From NCBI GenBank assembly GCA_049678185.1, contig JBAUDS010000025.1:8016-72015 (forward strand): a stretch of 64,000 nt of DNA, in the 5' to 3' direction. Position numbers and translations under genes: made by a program. Source of the stretch: Thermoanaerobaculia bacterium. Lineage in GTDB: Bacteria > Acidobacteriota > Thermoanaerobaculia > Multivoradales > JAHEKO01. Below the pieces are notes generated by a model that saw only the letters and a program-made list of their open reading frames with translations, had not been told where the DNA came from and did not search any database. Positions 40,874-52,753 of this stretch are shown here, piece by piece; position 1 is the first letter of the stretch, and each line of letters begins with the position of its first letter.

Positions 40874-41779
40874 CTAGGGGCCTCGGTCGGCTGCCAGGAG
40901 GGCATCCAGAAAGCTCTGCAGGGCCTCGTGGGCCGAATCGGACTTTCCTCGTCGGCGCTGATGGCGCAGGGTCTCCTGGGCAAGGGCCGCGACCAGGGCA
41001 GCCCGTTCGGGGTCGGCCTCCTGTAGTCGGCCGAGCTGGGTCTCCAGGGTCTCGAGGTCGCCACGGGCCACCGGGCCGGTGATGGCGGCCGCCGGGTCCG
41101 CCAACCCCTGGGTCTGATCGAGGGCACCCCTGGCCAACTCGAGATAGCCCCGGCCCACGGCCTCGGGGAGCCCGGCGCCACGGGCGAGGTCGCAGGCGGT
41201 GGCCAACAGTGTCACCACCCCACCGGCCGCCAGCGAGGCGGCCAGGTGGTAGAGCGGGCGGCTCTCGGCTGGGATCTCCACCGCCTCGCCGGACCAGGCC
41301 GCGACCAGACGCCGAGCCATCTGCTGCGCCTCCGCATCGCCGTCGACGGCAAAGACCGAGCCGACGGCCGCACTCGCTGCGGGCAGGACTTCGGGGAATG
41401 CTTTGAGTGGATGGAGGGTGCCGGTGGCCGTCCCCTGTCGGCCGAGCGGCTGGAGGACCGCTGCCGGCAGGTGTCCGGAGGTGTGGAGGGCGACCTTTGC
41501 CTGGGGGTACCGGGCGAGGGTGGCGGCGACGTCGGCCAGAGCCGAGTCGGAGACGGCAATCAAGAGAAGGTCCTCATTCTCGCTTTTGAGGTTCTGGACC
41601 TTCGCCGTGTCGCCACCCAGCCGGGTCGCCAGGTCTCGCGCCGCTTTGTCGGAGCGCCCGGCGACGTCTACCAGGGATCCTCCCAACTCGGCCAGCCAGC
41701 AGGCCAGGCTCGTGCCCACCCGGCCGGGTCCGACCAGCGAAAAGGTCAAGCCGCCAAGGGGAGGTGATGGCAAAGCCAT
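40874..41779 (-). CDS. Rossmann-fold NAD(P)-binding protein, DUF2520-like
   Basis: The N-terminal FSLVGPGRVGTSLACWL dinucleotide-binding motif is present. The C-terminal helical domain resembles DUF2520 / ProC-like proteins. Confidence 0.55.
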   Translation of the reverse strand: MALPSPPLGGLTFSLVGPGRVGTSLACWLAELGGSLVDVAGRSDKAARDLATRLGGDTAKVQNLKSENEDLLLIAVSDSALADVAATLARYPQAKVALHTSGHLPAAVLQPLGRQGTATGTLHPLKAFPEVLPAASAAVGSVFAVDGDAEAQQMARRLVAAWSGEAVEIPAESRPLYHLAASLAAGGVVTLLATACDLARGAGLPEAVGRGYLELARGALDQTQGLADPAAAITGPVARGDLETLETQLGRLQEADPERAALVAALAQETLRHQRRRGKSDSAHEALQSFLDALLAADRGP

Positions 41780-41892
41780 TGCGCTACAATAGCTTCGCGC
41801 TGCCGAGGGGGCAAGGCGGCTCAGGAGGGGAGTATGTGCAGGTATCTCCCCGCAAGTGCGGCCTACTCGGCTCGCAGGCTGCGAGAAATTGG

Positions 41893-42963
41893 ATGTCAGA
41901 AGATCAAAAGAACCAACACCTGTCGCCCCGGGACTACGAGATTCTCAAGGACGTGGTCCGCACCTATATCTTCACCGGTGAGCCGGTGAGCTCGCGCTCG
42001 CTGGCCAAACGACCCCGCCACGAGCTCTCGGCCGCCAGCATCCGCAACATCATGGCCGACCTCGAGGATTGTGGGTATCTGATGCAGCCCCACACCTCCG
42101 CCGGCCGAGTTCCCACCCACGCCGGTTATCACCTCTATATCGACACGCTGATGCCCACCCGGGGCGTGCCGGATCGGGAGCGGCGCTACATCGACGAGAA
42201 TCTTCGTGAGGCGCCATCGGACGGCGATCAGCTGATGGGCGCCGTGACTTCGTTGCTGTCGGAGCTCTCCCACCAGATAGCCATCGTGGTCACGCCGGCG
42301 CTTGGCGACACGGTCCTCCGCTCGGTGGACTTTGTCCAGCTGTCGGGTGCCCGTGTGCTCTGTGTTCTGGTCTCCGCCAGCGGCTTTGTGGACAACAAGG
42401 TCATCGAGACCCTGCGGCCTCTGCCGCGCGAGGAGCTGGTCACCATCTCCAACTACCTGACCCAGAATTTCGCCGGCCTCAACCTGCGGCAGATTCGTGA
42501 CCGGCTGCTCGAGATGATGGCCGAAGAGCGGGCCCAAGTCGACCAACTACTGGCCAGCGCCATCGCCCTGGCCCAGGAGGCCCTGGGCAAAGAGGGCGAG
42601 CCGGGAGTGCTCGTGCAGGGCACCTCCACCGTGCTGATCCAACCCGAGCTGTCCGATATCGAGCGGGTCCGCAAGCTGATGGGGACCTTTTCCGACAAGG
42701 CAAAGCTGGTGCGTATGCTCGGTCAGCTCATGCTGGGCAGCGGGGTGCGCGTCATTATCGGTGAAGAGAGCGACCTGACTTCCGATCTGGATTTCAGTTT
42801 GGTAGCCACCACCTACGGCTCCCGGGAGCAACCACTGGGGTCACTGGGGATCTTTGGTCCTTCCCGGATGGAGTATCAGCGCATAGTGCCCCTGGTCAGC
42901 TACCTTGGCGAGGCCCTGAGCCAGGCTCTCGAGACCACTTTGGGAGAAGGGAGGGGCTCCTAG
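41893..42963 (+). CDS. hrcA: Heat-inducible transcription repressor HrcA
   Basis: ATG at 41893 (MSEDQKNQHLSPRDYEILKDVVRTYIFTGEPVSSRSLAKR...). It is followed by grpE-dnaK-dnaJ. Confidence 0.85.
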   Translation: MSEDQKNQHLSPRDYEILKDVVRTYIFTGEPVSSRSLAKRPRHELSAASIRNIMADLEDCGYLMQPHTSAGRVPTHAGYHLYIDTLMPTRGVPDRERRYIDENLREAPSDGDQLMGAVTSLLSELSHQIAIVVTPALGDTVLRSVDFVQLSGARVLCVLVSASGFVDNKVIETLRPLPREELVTISNYLTQNFAGLNLRQIRDRLLEMMAEERAQVDQLLASAIALAQEALGKEGEPGVLVQGTSTVLIQPELSDIERVRKLMGTFSDKAKLVRMLGQLMLGSGVRVIIGEESDLTSDLDFSLVATTYGSREQPLGSLGIFGPSRMEYQRIVPLVSYLGEALSQALETTLGEGRGS

Positions 42964-42972
42964 GAGCGCGCG

Positions 42973-43683
42973 ATGACGGACGACGAACGGGTCAAAGAAA
43001 AGGGGATCATGAGCGTGGGCGATCAGGAGTTCGAGCTCGACCCCCACGAATCGGAGAACCTCGAGGCCGCCATGCGTGAGGCTCTGGAGGCGGTGGAGCA
43101 CGTCTCTCACAAGGAGGGAGATGAGTCCGGGACCGAGCCGATTGGCGACGGCTCCGTCGACGAGACCGCATCGATGGCCGACTACGAAGTGCGTCGGCTA
43201 CAAGATGAGATCGCGGATCTCAGGGATCGATCGGTGCGAACGCTTGCCGACTTCGACAACTATCGCAAGCGGATCGAGCGGGAGCGTAATGACGAGAGGC
43301 GCTACTCTGCTTTCGAGTCGCTGCGTGACTTCCTGGGTGTGATCGACAATCTGGAGCGTGCATTGGCTGCCGAGGGCTCGGCCGAGGATCTCAAAACGGG
43401 CATCGAGCTGATTCATCGGCAGATGTTGGACCTACTTGGCTCCCACGGAGTCGCCCGAGTGGAGGCGGAGGGCGAGCCGTTCAATCCGGCGGTTCACGAC
43501 GCCGTGTCACGACACGAAGATCCGAATGTGGAGGGTCCGACGGTAAGTGCCGAGCTGCAATCGGGGTACACAATGCACAAACGGCTACTGCGTCCAGCGG
43601 TCGTCAGGGTGGCGATGCCCCCGGAGACTGCTGCGGAGAAGGCGCCCAGGGGTGCAGAAGAGGAGCAGTCCACAGACGATTAG
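42973..43683 (+). CDS. grpE: Nucleotide exchange factor GrpE
   Basis: Contains RTLADFDNYRKRIERE and FNPAVHDAV, the GrpE motifs. Confidence 0.9.
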   Translation: MTDDERVKEKGIMSVGDQEFELDPHESENLEAAMREALEAVEHVSHKEGDESGTEPIGDGSVDETASMADYEVRRLQDEIADLRDRSVRTLADFDNYRKRIERERNDERRYSAFESLRDFLGVIDNLERALAAEGSAEDLKTGIELIHRQMLDLLGSHGVARVEAEGEPFNPAVHDAVSRHEDPNVEGPTVSAELQSGYTMHKRLLRPAVVRVAMPPETAAEKAPRGAEEEQSTDD

Positions 43684-43737
43684 AGCACGAGCTGACAAAA
43701 TATCGCCAGCCTCTAGAACCTCTCTCGAAATCCTTCC

Positions 43738-45558
43738 GTGAGCAAAGTCCTCGGCATCGATCTCGGCACCACCAACAGCTGCGCAGCAGTTGTGGATGTC
43801 GCTGCACCCAGGGTGCTGTCCAACCGCGAGGGAAGTCGTACAACCGCCTCGATCGTGGCTTTCACCGAAGACGGCGACCGGCTCGTCGGTCAGATTGCCA
43901 AGAGGCAGGCGATCACCAACCCGCAAAACACGGTGTTTGCCGTCAAACGGCTGATCGGTCGCAAGTTCAGCGATCCCGAGATCCAGAGAGCCCGAGAGGT
44001 GCTGCCGTTTCCGCTGGTCGAAGCCGCCAACGGCGACGTCACGATCCAGGTCCGGGACCGCGAGTACAGCCCGGAGGAGATGTCCGCCTTTATTCTGCGA
44101 GAGATCAAGGGCTTTGCCGAGGAGGTCCTGGGCGAGGAGGTCCAAGAGGCGATTGTCACCGTACCCGCCTACTTCAACGACTCTCAGCGCCAGGCCACCC
44201 GTGACGCGGGGCAGATCGCCGGTCTGGAGGTTCTGCGCATCATCAACGAGCCCACCGCTGCCGCCCTGGCCTATGGCATCGATCGCGAAGGCGAAGCCAA
44301 GACGATCGCCATCTACGATCTCGGTGGGGGCACCTTCGACATCTCGATTCTGGAGCTGGCGCAGGGTGTTTTCGAGGTCAAAGCCACCTCTGGCGATACC
44401 TATCTCGGTGGTGAGGATTTTGATCAGCGGATCATGGACTGGATGATCGCCGAGTTCCAGGAGGAGACCGGAATCGATCTCCGCAACGATCGGATGGCTC
44501 TCCAGCGTTTGAAGGAAGCGGCCGAGCGCGCTAAGTGCGAACTGTCCACAGCCGAGGAGGCACCGATCAATCTGCCGTTTATCTCGGCCGACGAGAGCGG
44601 TCCGCGACATTTGTCGCGCGCCCTACCCAGGAAAAAATTCGAAGGCCTCGTCGAGGACCTGGTGGAGCGCACCTCGGGGCCGGTTCTCGAGGCGCTGGAA
44701 TCCGCCGGTGTGCGGCCCGACGAGATCGATGAAGTCCTGCTGGTGGGCGGCCAGACGCGGACTCCATTGGTGATGCAGGCGGTCGAGAGGATTTTCGGCC
44801 GCCCACCCAACCGCGAGATCAACCCCGACGAGGTCGTAGCCATGGGGGCCGCGATCCAGGGTGGGATTCTACGCGGCGACATCAAAGACATCGTGTTGTT
44901 GGATGTCACACCCCTGTCTCTGGGTGTGGAGACCCACGGTGGGCTGTTTGCCAAGCTGATCCAGCGCAACGCCACGATCCCCACCAAAGCGACCCAGGTC
45001 TTCACCACCGTCGTCGACAACCAGGACACGGTCGAGATCCACGTGCTCCAGGGCGAGCGGGAGATCGCGGCGGAAAACAAATCGCTGGGACGCTTCGAGC
45101 TTGTCGGTGTGCCGCCGGCACCCCGCGGTGTACCTCAGATCGAGGTCACATTTGCCATCGACTCCAACGGCATCGTCAACGTGTCGGCGAGGGATCTGGC
45201 CACCAACAGGTCACAGAGCGTGCAGATCAACCCGGCCGGAGGCCTGACCAAGGACGAGATCGAGCGGCTGGTCGAAGAGGCCGCGGAGCACTCCCAGGCC
45301 GACACCGAGCGCCGGGAAATGCGGCGCTTGAAGAATCGACTGGAGGGGTTGATCTATACCAACGAGCGGGTCTTCGACCAGTTTCAGGACATGCTGGCGA
45401 CGGACGAGCGGAAGCTGGTTCGAGACACCCTGCTCATGGCGCGCATGGCCCTGGCCAATGACGATCGGGCCGAGCTCGAGGCGGCGCTCTTCGACCTCAA
45501 CAGCGTCTCGCGCCAGCTGTCCGAGCTGATGCTCGAAGGTATCGACGACATCGGGTAG
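43738..45558 (+). CDS. dnaK: Molecular chaperone DnaK (GTG start)
   Basis: Contains [32 protein letters not shown] and [12 protein letters not shown]. Confidence 0.95.
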   Translation: MSKVLGIDLGTTNSCAAVVDVAAPRVLSNREGSRTTASIVAFTEDGDRLVGQIAKRQAITNPQNTVFAVKRLIGRKFSDPEIQRAREVLPFPLVEAANGDVTIQVRDREYSPEEMSAFILREIKGFAEEVLGEEVQEAIVTVPAYFNDSQRQATRDAGQIAGLEVLRIINEPTAAALAYGIDREGEAKTIAIYDLGGGTFDISILELAQGVFEVKATSGDTYLGGEDFDQRIMDWMIAEFQEETGIDLRNDRMALQRLKEAAERAKCELSTAEEAPINLPFISADESGPRHLSRALPRKKFEGLVEDLVERTSGPVLEALESAGVRPDEIDEVLLVGGQTRTPLVMQAVERIFGRPPNREINPDEVVAMGAAIQGGILRGDIKDIVLLDVTPLSLGVETHGGLFAKLIQRNATIPTKATQVFTTVVDNQDTVEIHVLQGEREIAAENKSLGRFELVGVPPAPRGVPQIEVTFAIDSNGIVNVSARDLATNRSQSVQINPAGGLTKDEIERLVEEAAEHSQADTERREMRRLKNRLEGLIYTNERVFDQFQDMLATDERKLVRDTLLMARMALANDDRAELEAALFDLNSVSRQLSELMLEGIDDIG

Positions 45559-45575
45559 CGATTCGTCCCCCCTGG

Positions 45576-46700
45576 ATGGCCACCAAACGCGATTACTACG
45601 AGGTCCTTGGCGTCAGCCGGGCCGCGAACCGGCAAGAGGTCAAGGCCGCCTACCGCCGACTCGCCGTCCAGTTCCACCCCGACAGAAACCCGGGTGACAA
45701 ACAGGCGGAGGAGAAATTCAAGGAGGCGGCCGAAGCCTATACCGTCCTCTCCGACCCGAACCAGAAGGCCCGCTACGACCGGTTTGGTCATCAGGGGGTC
45801 TCGGGCGGTGGCTTTGGCGGTTTCGATGCCAGTACCTTTGGCGACTTCGCCGACATTCTGGGCGACTTCTTTGGTGTCGGATTCGGAGACATCTTTGGCG
45901 GTCAACGCGGCCGCGGCGGCGCCCAGCCAGGGGCCGATCTTCGCTACCGGCTGACCATCGAGCTGGAGGAGTCGGCCTTTGGCACCGAGAAAACCCTAAA
46001 GATTCCTCGCCTCGAAACCTGTCCCACCTGCACCGGCAGCGGCAGCCAGGGCGACTCACCACCCGAGACCTGTTCCGCCTGTGGCGGCCACGGCCAGGTG
46101 CGGATGAGCCAGGGATTCTTCACCGTGGCCAGAACCTGCCCGCAGTGCAGCGGTGAGGGGACCGTGGTTACCGATCCCTGTGACGAGTGCTCGGGTGGAG
46201 GCCGCATCGAGCGTGAGCGCACCATCGAGGTCAAGGTCCCGGCCGGTGTCGAGACCGGGGTACGGCTACGTCTGATGGGGGAGGGCGAGCACGGCCGCCG
46301 CGGTGGACCGACCGGTGACCTCTATGTGGAGATCGCGGTCGAGCCCCATCCGGACTTCGCTCGCGAAGGCCCGAACATATTCAGCGAGCTGGAGATCTCC
46401 TATTCACAGGCCGTTCTGGGGGCTTCGGTAGAGGTCGACACCCTGCACGGCCCACAGACAGTCGACATACCACCCGGCACTCACCACGGCGAGGCGTTCC
46501 GTTTGCGTGGCAAGGGTGTCGAGCGCCTGGGCGGCCGGGGCCACGGCGACCACGTCGTGCATACCAGAGTAGTGGTTCCCAACCCACGAGATCTGACCGA
46601 AGAGCAGCAGGACCTGCTGCGGCAGTTGGCCGAGCTCGACGGCAAGGCCGTCCGCGGTGACAAGCGGGTGCTCGACCGCGTCCGCGACCTGTTTGGGTGA
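45576..46700 (+). CDS. dnaJ: Molecular chaperone DnaJ
   Basis: J domain with the HPD motif (QFHPDRNPGD), a G/F region and four CxxCxGxG zinc-finger repeats. Confidence 0.95.
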   Translation: MATKRDYYEVLGVSRAANRQEVKAAYRRLAVQFHPDRNPGDKQAEEKFKEAAEAYTVLSDPNQKARYDRFGHQGVSGGGFGGFDASTFGDFADILGDFFGVGFGDIFGGQRGRGGAQPGADLRYRLTIELEESAFGTEKTLKIPRLETCPTCTGSGSQGDSPPETCSACGGHGQVRMSQGFFTVARTCPQCSGEGTVVTDPCDECSGGGRIERERTIEVKVPAGVETGVRLRLMGEGEHGRRGGPTGDLYVEIAVEPHPDFAREGPNIFSELEISYSQAVLGASVEVDTLHGPQTVDIPPGTHHGEAFRLRGKGVERLGGRGHGDHVVHTRVVVPNPRDLTEEQQDLLRQLAELDGKAVRGDKRVLDRVRDLFG

Positions 46701-47572
46701 GTCTCTCGGCCGTGGCGAGCTATCTGCGTCTCGAGCTCACCCTGCTGGACCAGACCGACGATCTGCTCATGGCCGAGCTCTGGGCGTGGGGGACCCTCGG
46801 TGTCGAGCAGACGGTGGAAAAAGACGGGTCCCGGCATGTAGTCGCCTACTTTTCGGATCCGCTTCCCACCCGACTGCCCGATGCCGGCAATCCCCTCTGG
46901 AGCCACCTGGGCGCCGAGCTGGTGCGGGTCGAGCTCATAGAGGACCAGGACTGGCTGGCCGACTATCGGCGCCAGGCGAGACCCGTTCCGGTGGGAGAGC
47001 GTTTCCTGGTCGACCCGCGAGAGCCGGAGGCGGAGCAGCCACCAACTCCCGGCTCCCGCCGTCTGCTCCGAATCCCGGCACGATCCGCCTTTGGCACCGG
47101 TAGCCACGAGTCGACCCGGCTGGCGGTCGAGTTGTTGGAGACCATCCCGGTCGCCGGGCGGAGGGTTCTGGATGTGGGGACCGGGTCGGGCATCCTGGCG
47201 TTTGCCGCCCTCTGTTCCGGCGCCGAATATGTAGTCGGGATCGACTCGGATCCGGTCGCCTCTCTGCTGGCGGGGCAAAATGGCCGTCTGAATGGTCTTT
47301 CTCCCCATCTGTTGGCGGGGACACTCGATACTCTCCGCTCCGGCCCCGTCTTCGATGTGGCCCTGGTGAACATCCTGCCAAAAAGGATTCGGCCCGATCT
47401 GCCGCGGCTGGTGGAGGTGCTGGCGCCCGGGGCCGAGGCCGTCTTCTCGGGTATTCTGGCTGTCGAGAAGGCGAGGGTAGCTGCCGATCTGGCCGCCGTG
47501 GGCTTTCGACGGCTGGCGACGGGTCAAGACGGCGAGTGGGTCGCCTTCCACCTGGAGCGGGCTGACACTTGA
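46697..47572 (+). CDS. prmA: Ribosomal protein L11 methyltransferase
   Basis: Contains FGTGSHESTRL and VLDVGTGSGILAFAA, the SAM motif. The GTG start overlaps the dnaJ stop. Confidence 0.8.
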   Translation: MSLSAVASYLRLELTLLDQTDDLLMAELWAWGTLGVEQTVEKDGSRHVVAYFSDPLPTRLPDAGNPLWSHLGAELVRVELIEDQDWLADYRRQARPVPVGERFLVDPREPEAEQPPTPGSRRLLRIPARSAFGTGSHESTRLAVELLETIPVAGRRVLDVGTGSGILAFAALCSGAEYVVGIDSDPVASLLAGQNGRLNGLSPHLLAGTLDTLRSGPVFDVALVNILPKRIRPDLPRLVEVLAPGAEAVFSGILAVEKARVAADLAAVGFRRLATGQDGEWVAFHLERADT

Positions 47573-48270
47573 TCACCCTTTTGGTCTCTCCCGACGAGCT
47601 CGAGACTTCGCCGATCGAAGTCAGAGGCGACTCCTATCGGCACCTGTTTCGCGCCCGCCGGCTCGAACTCGGGGCCCGGGTAAGGGTCGTGGATGGCGAA
47701 GGGCATGCGCGCTGGACCAGAGTCGAACGTGTGGACCGCACCGCCGCCAAGTTGGGTCCAGAGGGGGAGGCAGCCAGCAACGAGCCGGAGATCGAGCTGG
47801 TCTTGATGGTGGCCGCACCACGGATCCAACGGGCGTCCTGGTTGGTGGAGAAGGTAACGGAGGTCGGTGCGTCGGCGGTCCGTTTCATCAACTCAGAGCG
47901 CGCGCCAAGGAGCTATGGGGAGGCGAGCTTGGGGCGACTGCGGCGGGTGGCAGTGGCCGCCGTGGAGCAGTGTCACCGGGCCAGGGTCCCCGAGATCACC
48001 GGGGTTCACCCCTTCTCCGAGCTGGCGGACCTGCTGACAGACTGCCCGGCGCGGTGGTTTCTGGATTTGGAAGGGGCGGCCGGGGTCGACGCCGGCGCCG
48101 GCCCGGTCGGTCTGCTGGTGGGGCCCGAAGGGGGTTGGACGGAGGCGGAACGCGAAAGCCTGGATGCCTGCGGCTGTCGTCCGTGGGGTCTTGGCGCCCG
48201 AACTCTCCGGGTCGAGACCGCCGCCGTCGCCGGAAGTAGCCTGTTACTGCTGGCCAGAACACCCCTGTGA
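47569..48270 (+). CDS. rsmE: 16S rRNA (uracil1498-N3)-methyltransferase RsmE
   Basis: PUA-like N-terminus (GDSYRHLFRARRLELGARVRVVDGEG). C-terminal GPEGGWTEAE...LGARTLRVETAAV is the SPOUT motif. Confidence 0.8.
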   Translation: MITLLVSPDELETSPIEVRGDSYRHLFRARRLELGARVRVVDGEGHARWTRVERVDRTAAKLGPEGEAASNEPEIELVLMVAAPRIQRASWLVEKVTEVGASAVRFINSERAPRSYGEASLGRLRRVAVAAVEQCHRARVPEITGVHPFSELADLLTDCPARWFLDLEGAAGVDAGAGPVGLLVGPEGGWTEAERESLDACGCRPWGLGARTLRVETAAVAGSSLLLLARTPL

Positions 48271-48279
48271 CGCCTTGCG

Positions 48280-48308
48280 TTGACACCTGTTGGGGCGGTA
48301 GCTAGGCT
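48280..48308 (+). promoter_or_regulatory. Possible sigma-70 promoter TTGACA-17 nt-TAGGCT upstream of pilT
   Basis: TTGACA lies at 48280-48285 and TAGGCT at 48303-48308. The SD GGAGA lies about 8 nt before the ATG at 48342. Confidence 0.3.
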
Positions 48309-48341
48309 AGCCGACAGAGCTAGGTCTCCAGGAGACAAAAA

Positions 48342-49502
<1,161 letters not shown>

Positions 49503-49537
49503 GTGCTGGACTGACTCGATAGCTAGTCGTCGGCCCC

Positions 49538-49984
49538 GTGACGACCACCACCGACTGCTACACCAAAGCACAAGAGCTGCTGGCTCGCCGGCCCCATTTC
49601 CGACGCGAGCTAGCGGTCAAGCTCGCCAGCCGCAAGTTCTCGCCTGAGGAGGTCGAGACCACCCTCGCCCGGCTGGCGGAGCAGGGTTATCTCGACGACC
49701 TCGAGCACGCCTTCGATCTGGCCCGCGGCCCGTTGCAGCGCAAGGGCTTCGGCCCGCGGCGGCTGCGGTACGAGCTGGAGCGCCGGGGCGCGTCCGCAGA
49801 GGTCGTCGACGAAGTGCTGGCGGCCGTAATGGCCGACGGCGAGCTCGATCCCGCACGCCAGGCCGCGGAGCGATGGCTGAGTCGGGGCAAACGCGACCGG
49901 CAAGCTTTGGCACGCCACCTCGACCGCAAGGGGTACTCCACAGGGGTCATTTTGCGGGTTCTCGAGGAGTTGGAGAGCGAGTAA
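49538..49984 (+). CDS. recX: Recombination regulator RecX
   Basis: Size and helical-repeat pattern fit (LARRPHFRRELAVKL...GYLDD..FA...GFGPRRLRYEL..RG). It lies directly upstream of alaS, as in many genomes. Confidence 0.75.
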   Translation: MTTTTDCYTKAQELLARRPHFRRELAVKLASRKFSPEEVETTLARLAEQGYLDDLEHAFDLARGPLQRKGFGPRRLRYELERRGASAEVVDEVLAAVMADGELDPARQAAERWLSRGKRDRQALARHLDRKGYSTGVILRVLEELESE

Positions 49985-50033
49985 TCGTGTTATCTTGAGC
50001 GATCCGACCGGCAGTAATCCCTTTCTGGTGACG

Positions 50034-52745
50034 ATGATGAACAGCAACGAGATTCGTCAGAGCTTCATCGACTTCTTTGTCGAACGGGATCATCGTCTGT
50101 ATCCGAGCTCCCCTCTGGTACCCCACGGCGACGCGACCCTGCTCTTCACCAACGCCGGGATGGTCCAGTTCAAGGACTTCTTTACCGGTCTGGACAAGCC
50201 GCCGGCGAAGAGAGCCGTTACTTCCCAGAAGTGCATGCGGGTCTCCGGCAAGCACAACGACCTCGAGAATGTCGGGCCCAGTCCACGCCACCACACCTTC
50301 TTCGAGATGCTGGGCAATTTCTCCTTTGGCGATTACTTCAAGGAAGAGGCCATCCTCTTTGGCTGGGACCTGGTGACCCGCGTCTGGGGCCTCCCGCCCG
50401 AGCACCTGACGGCGACGGTATTCGAGGAGGACGACGAGGCGGCGGCGCTGTGGAAGAAGCTGTCGGGTCTGCCGGCCGAGAGGATCCTGCGCTGCGGCGC
50501 CAAGGACAATTTCTGGGCCATGGGTGAGACCGGTCCCTGTGGCCCCTGTAGCGAGATCTTTGTCGATGTCCACCCCGAGGTGCCCGCGGTGGAGTGGGAG
50601 GAGGGGACCGAGAGTGGTCGCTATGTGGAGATCTGGAACCTGGTCTTCATGCAGTACGACCGCGATGAGAGCGGCAAGATGATTCCTCTTCCCAACCCGT
50701 CCATCGACACCGGTGCCGGGTTGGAGAGGGTGGCGGCGATGCTCCAGGGGGTCGACTCCAACTACGATACCGATCTTTTCCGACCCATTCTGGGGGCCAC
50801 GGCCGAGCTCGCGGGAGTCGAGTACGGTCGCAACGCGGATACCGATGTCGACTTTCGGGTGATCGCGGATCATCTGCGGGCGGTGGCCTTCCTACTGGCC
50901 GACGGCGTCATTCCGGGCAACGAGGGTCGGGGCTACGTCCTGCGCCGGATCCTCCGACGGGCCTTGCGACACGGCTCGAGGCTGGGGTTCGAAGACCCCT
51001 TTCTCTACCGTCTCTTGCCGGTCGTCACCCAGGTGATGGGTCAGCAGTATGCGGAGCTCGGCGGTGCCGAGAAGGCCTCGGAGAAGACGGTCCTGGCCGA
51101 GGAGGAGAAGTTTCTCTCTACTGTCGCCATCGCCTCGTCACAGGTCCAGGAGGCCATCGACAAGAGACGCCGGTCGGGTGAGCACATCCTCGATGGCGAG
51201 GCGGTCTTCCGCTTCTACGACACCTTTGGTCTGCCGTTGGAGATAATTCGCGAGATCGCCGAAGAGGAGCGCTTTGCGATCGATGAGCCGGGGTTCGAGA
51301 CGGCGCTGGAGAAGCAGCGGACCCGCTCGCGGGAGGCCACCAGCGAGGCGACAGAGAGGCTGGGAGCGGTGCGCGAGGCGCTGCGTCAGGATGGTCTGGA
51401 GCTGTCGAAGACCGAATTCGCGGGCTACGAATCACTCGCCCTCGAGCCCGTCCGACTGCTGGCTCTGGCGCGACTCGAAGAAGGTGGTTTCGAGTCGACG
51501 GAGACCCTCGCCGCCGGCGAGGAAGGTGTCGCCGTTCTGGACTGCACGACTTTTTACGCCGACGCGGGTGGCCAATTGGGCGACCGCGGACGGCTGGTCT
51601 GGGACGGGGGCAGCGCCGAGGTGATCGACACCCGCAAGGACACCGCCCAGACCACCTTCCACTTCGTGCGCGGCGACCACGGTGATCTGGTCCGCGGCAG
51701 CGAAGTCCGTACCGAGGTGGAGGAGAGCTGGCGACGACCGACCCAACGCCATCACACCGCGACCCACCTGCTGCATCTGGCTCTGCGTCACGTGCTGGGC
51801 GAGGGCGTCCGCCAGGCCGGCTCGCTGGTGGCTCCCGACCGCCTGCGCTTCGATTTCACCTACGGTCACCCGCTCACCCCGGACGAGATCCGGCAGGTCG
51901 AAGATCTGGTCAACCGTTGGGTCCTGCTGGCCCGAGCGACCGCCATCACACCGGATCGGCCCTTTCAGGAGGCGGTGGACGCCGGGGCCATGGCCCTGTT
52001 TGGCGAAAAGTACGGTGATCGTGTGAGGACCGTAGAGGTCCCCGATTTGACGCTCCCCGAGGATGAGAAAGGGAGCCGGGACCTGCGGAGCCTCGAGTTG
52101 TGTGGCGGGTGCCATGTCGGCAACACCGGTGAGATAGGTCTGTTTCTCATCACCATGGAACGGGGTGTGGCCTCGGGTGTGCGACGAATCGAAGCCCTGA
52201 CGGGTGAGGCCGCCCAGGATCATGTCCGCCGTCGGGGTGCGCTGCTCGACGACATCGCCTCCGAGCTCGGCGTCACTCCAGAGCGAGCTGCCGCCGAAAT
52301 CGATGGCTGGCGGGGCAAGACTCGCGAGCTGGAGCAGCAGCTGGAGAAATTGCGTCTGCAGGTGGTCTCGGGAACCACGGCCGGCGAAGAGGTCGAGGTG
52401 GCGGGTGTCAAGGTGATGGCCCGCGAAGTGCCGCCGGCGCCGCCGCGGGAGCTTCGCAACATGGCCGACGTGCTGCGCCACAAGTTGGGATCCGGGGTCG
52501 TGGTTTTGGGCAGCCGGCAGGGAGATAAGGTCAATCTGGTAGCGGCAATCACCTCGGATCTCGAGGATCGTCTGCACGCTGGGAGACTGGCGCAGAAGGT
52601 AGCCGTCCTGGTGGATGGCAGTGGTGGTGGGCGGTCCGACTTTGCGCAGGCGGGAGGCAAGGCGCCGGAAAAGCTGGCCGCTGCCCTGGCCGCCGTACCG
52701 GGTCTGGTGGAAGAGGAAGTCACATCTGCCCTGGGAGCGAAATAG
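50034..52745 (+). CDS. alaS: Alanine--tRNA ligase
   Basis: MMNSNEIRQSFIDFFVERDHRLYPSSPLVP, FTNAGMVQFKD, the editing-domain HTATHLLH and CGGCHV are present. Confidence 0.95.
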   Translation: MMNSNEIRQSFIDFFVERDHRLYPSSPLVPHGDATLLFTNAGMVQFKDFFTGLDKPPAKRAVTSQKCMRVSGKHNDLENVGPSPRHHTFFEMLGNFSFGDYFKEEAILFGWDLVTRVWGLPPEHLTATVFEEDDEAAALWKKLSGLPAERILRCGAKDNFWAMGETGPCGPCSEIFVDVHPEVPAVEWEEGTESGRYVEIWNLVFMQYDRDESGKMIPLPNPSIDTGAGLERVAAMLQGVDSNYDTDLFRPILGATAELAGVEYGRNADTDVDFRVIADHLRAVAFLLADGVIPGNEGRGYVLRRILRRALRHGSRLGFEDPFLYRLLPVVTQVMGQQYAELGGAEKASEKTVLAEEEKFLSTVAIASSQVQEAIDKRRRSGEHILDGEAVFRFYDTFGLPLEIIREIAEEERFAIDEPGFETALEKQRTRSREATSEATERLGAVREALRQDGLELSKTEFAGYESLALEPVRLLALARLEEGGFESTETLAAGEEGVAVLDCTTFYADAGGQLGDRGRLVWDGGSAEVIDTRKDTAQTTFHFVRGDHGDLVRGSEVRTEVEESWRRPTQRHHTATHLLHLALRHVLGEGVRQAGSLVAPDRLRFDFTYGHPLTPDEIRQVEDLVNRWVLLARATAITPDRPFQEAVDAGAMALFGEKYGDRVRTVEVPDLTLPEDEKGSRDLRSLELCGGCHVGNTGEIGLFLITMERGVASGVRRIEALTGEAAQDHVRRRGALLDDIASELGVTPERAAAEIDGWRGKTRELEQQLEKLRLQVVSGTTAGEEVEVAGVKVMAREVPPAPPRELRNMADVLRHKLGSGVVVLGSRQGDKVNLVAAITSDLEDRLHAGRLAQKVAVLVDGSGGGRSDFAQAGGKAPEKLAAALAAVPGLVEEEVTSALGAK

Positions 52746-52753
52746 CATCTGAG

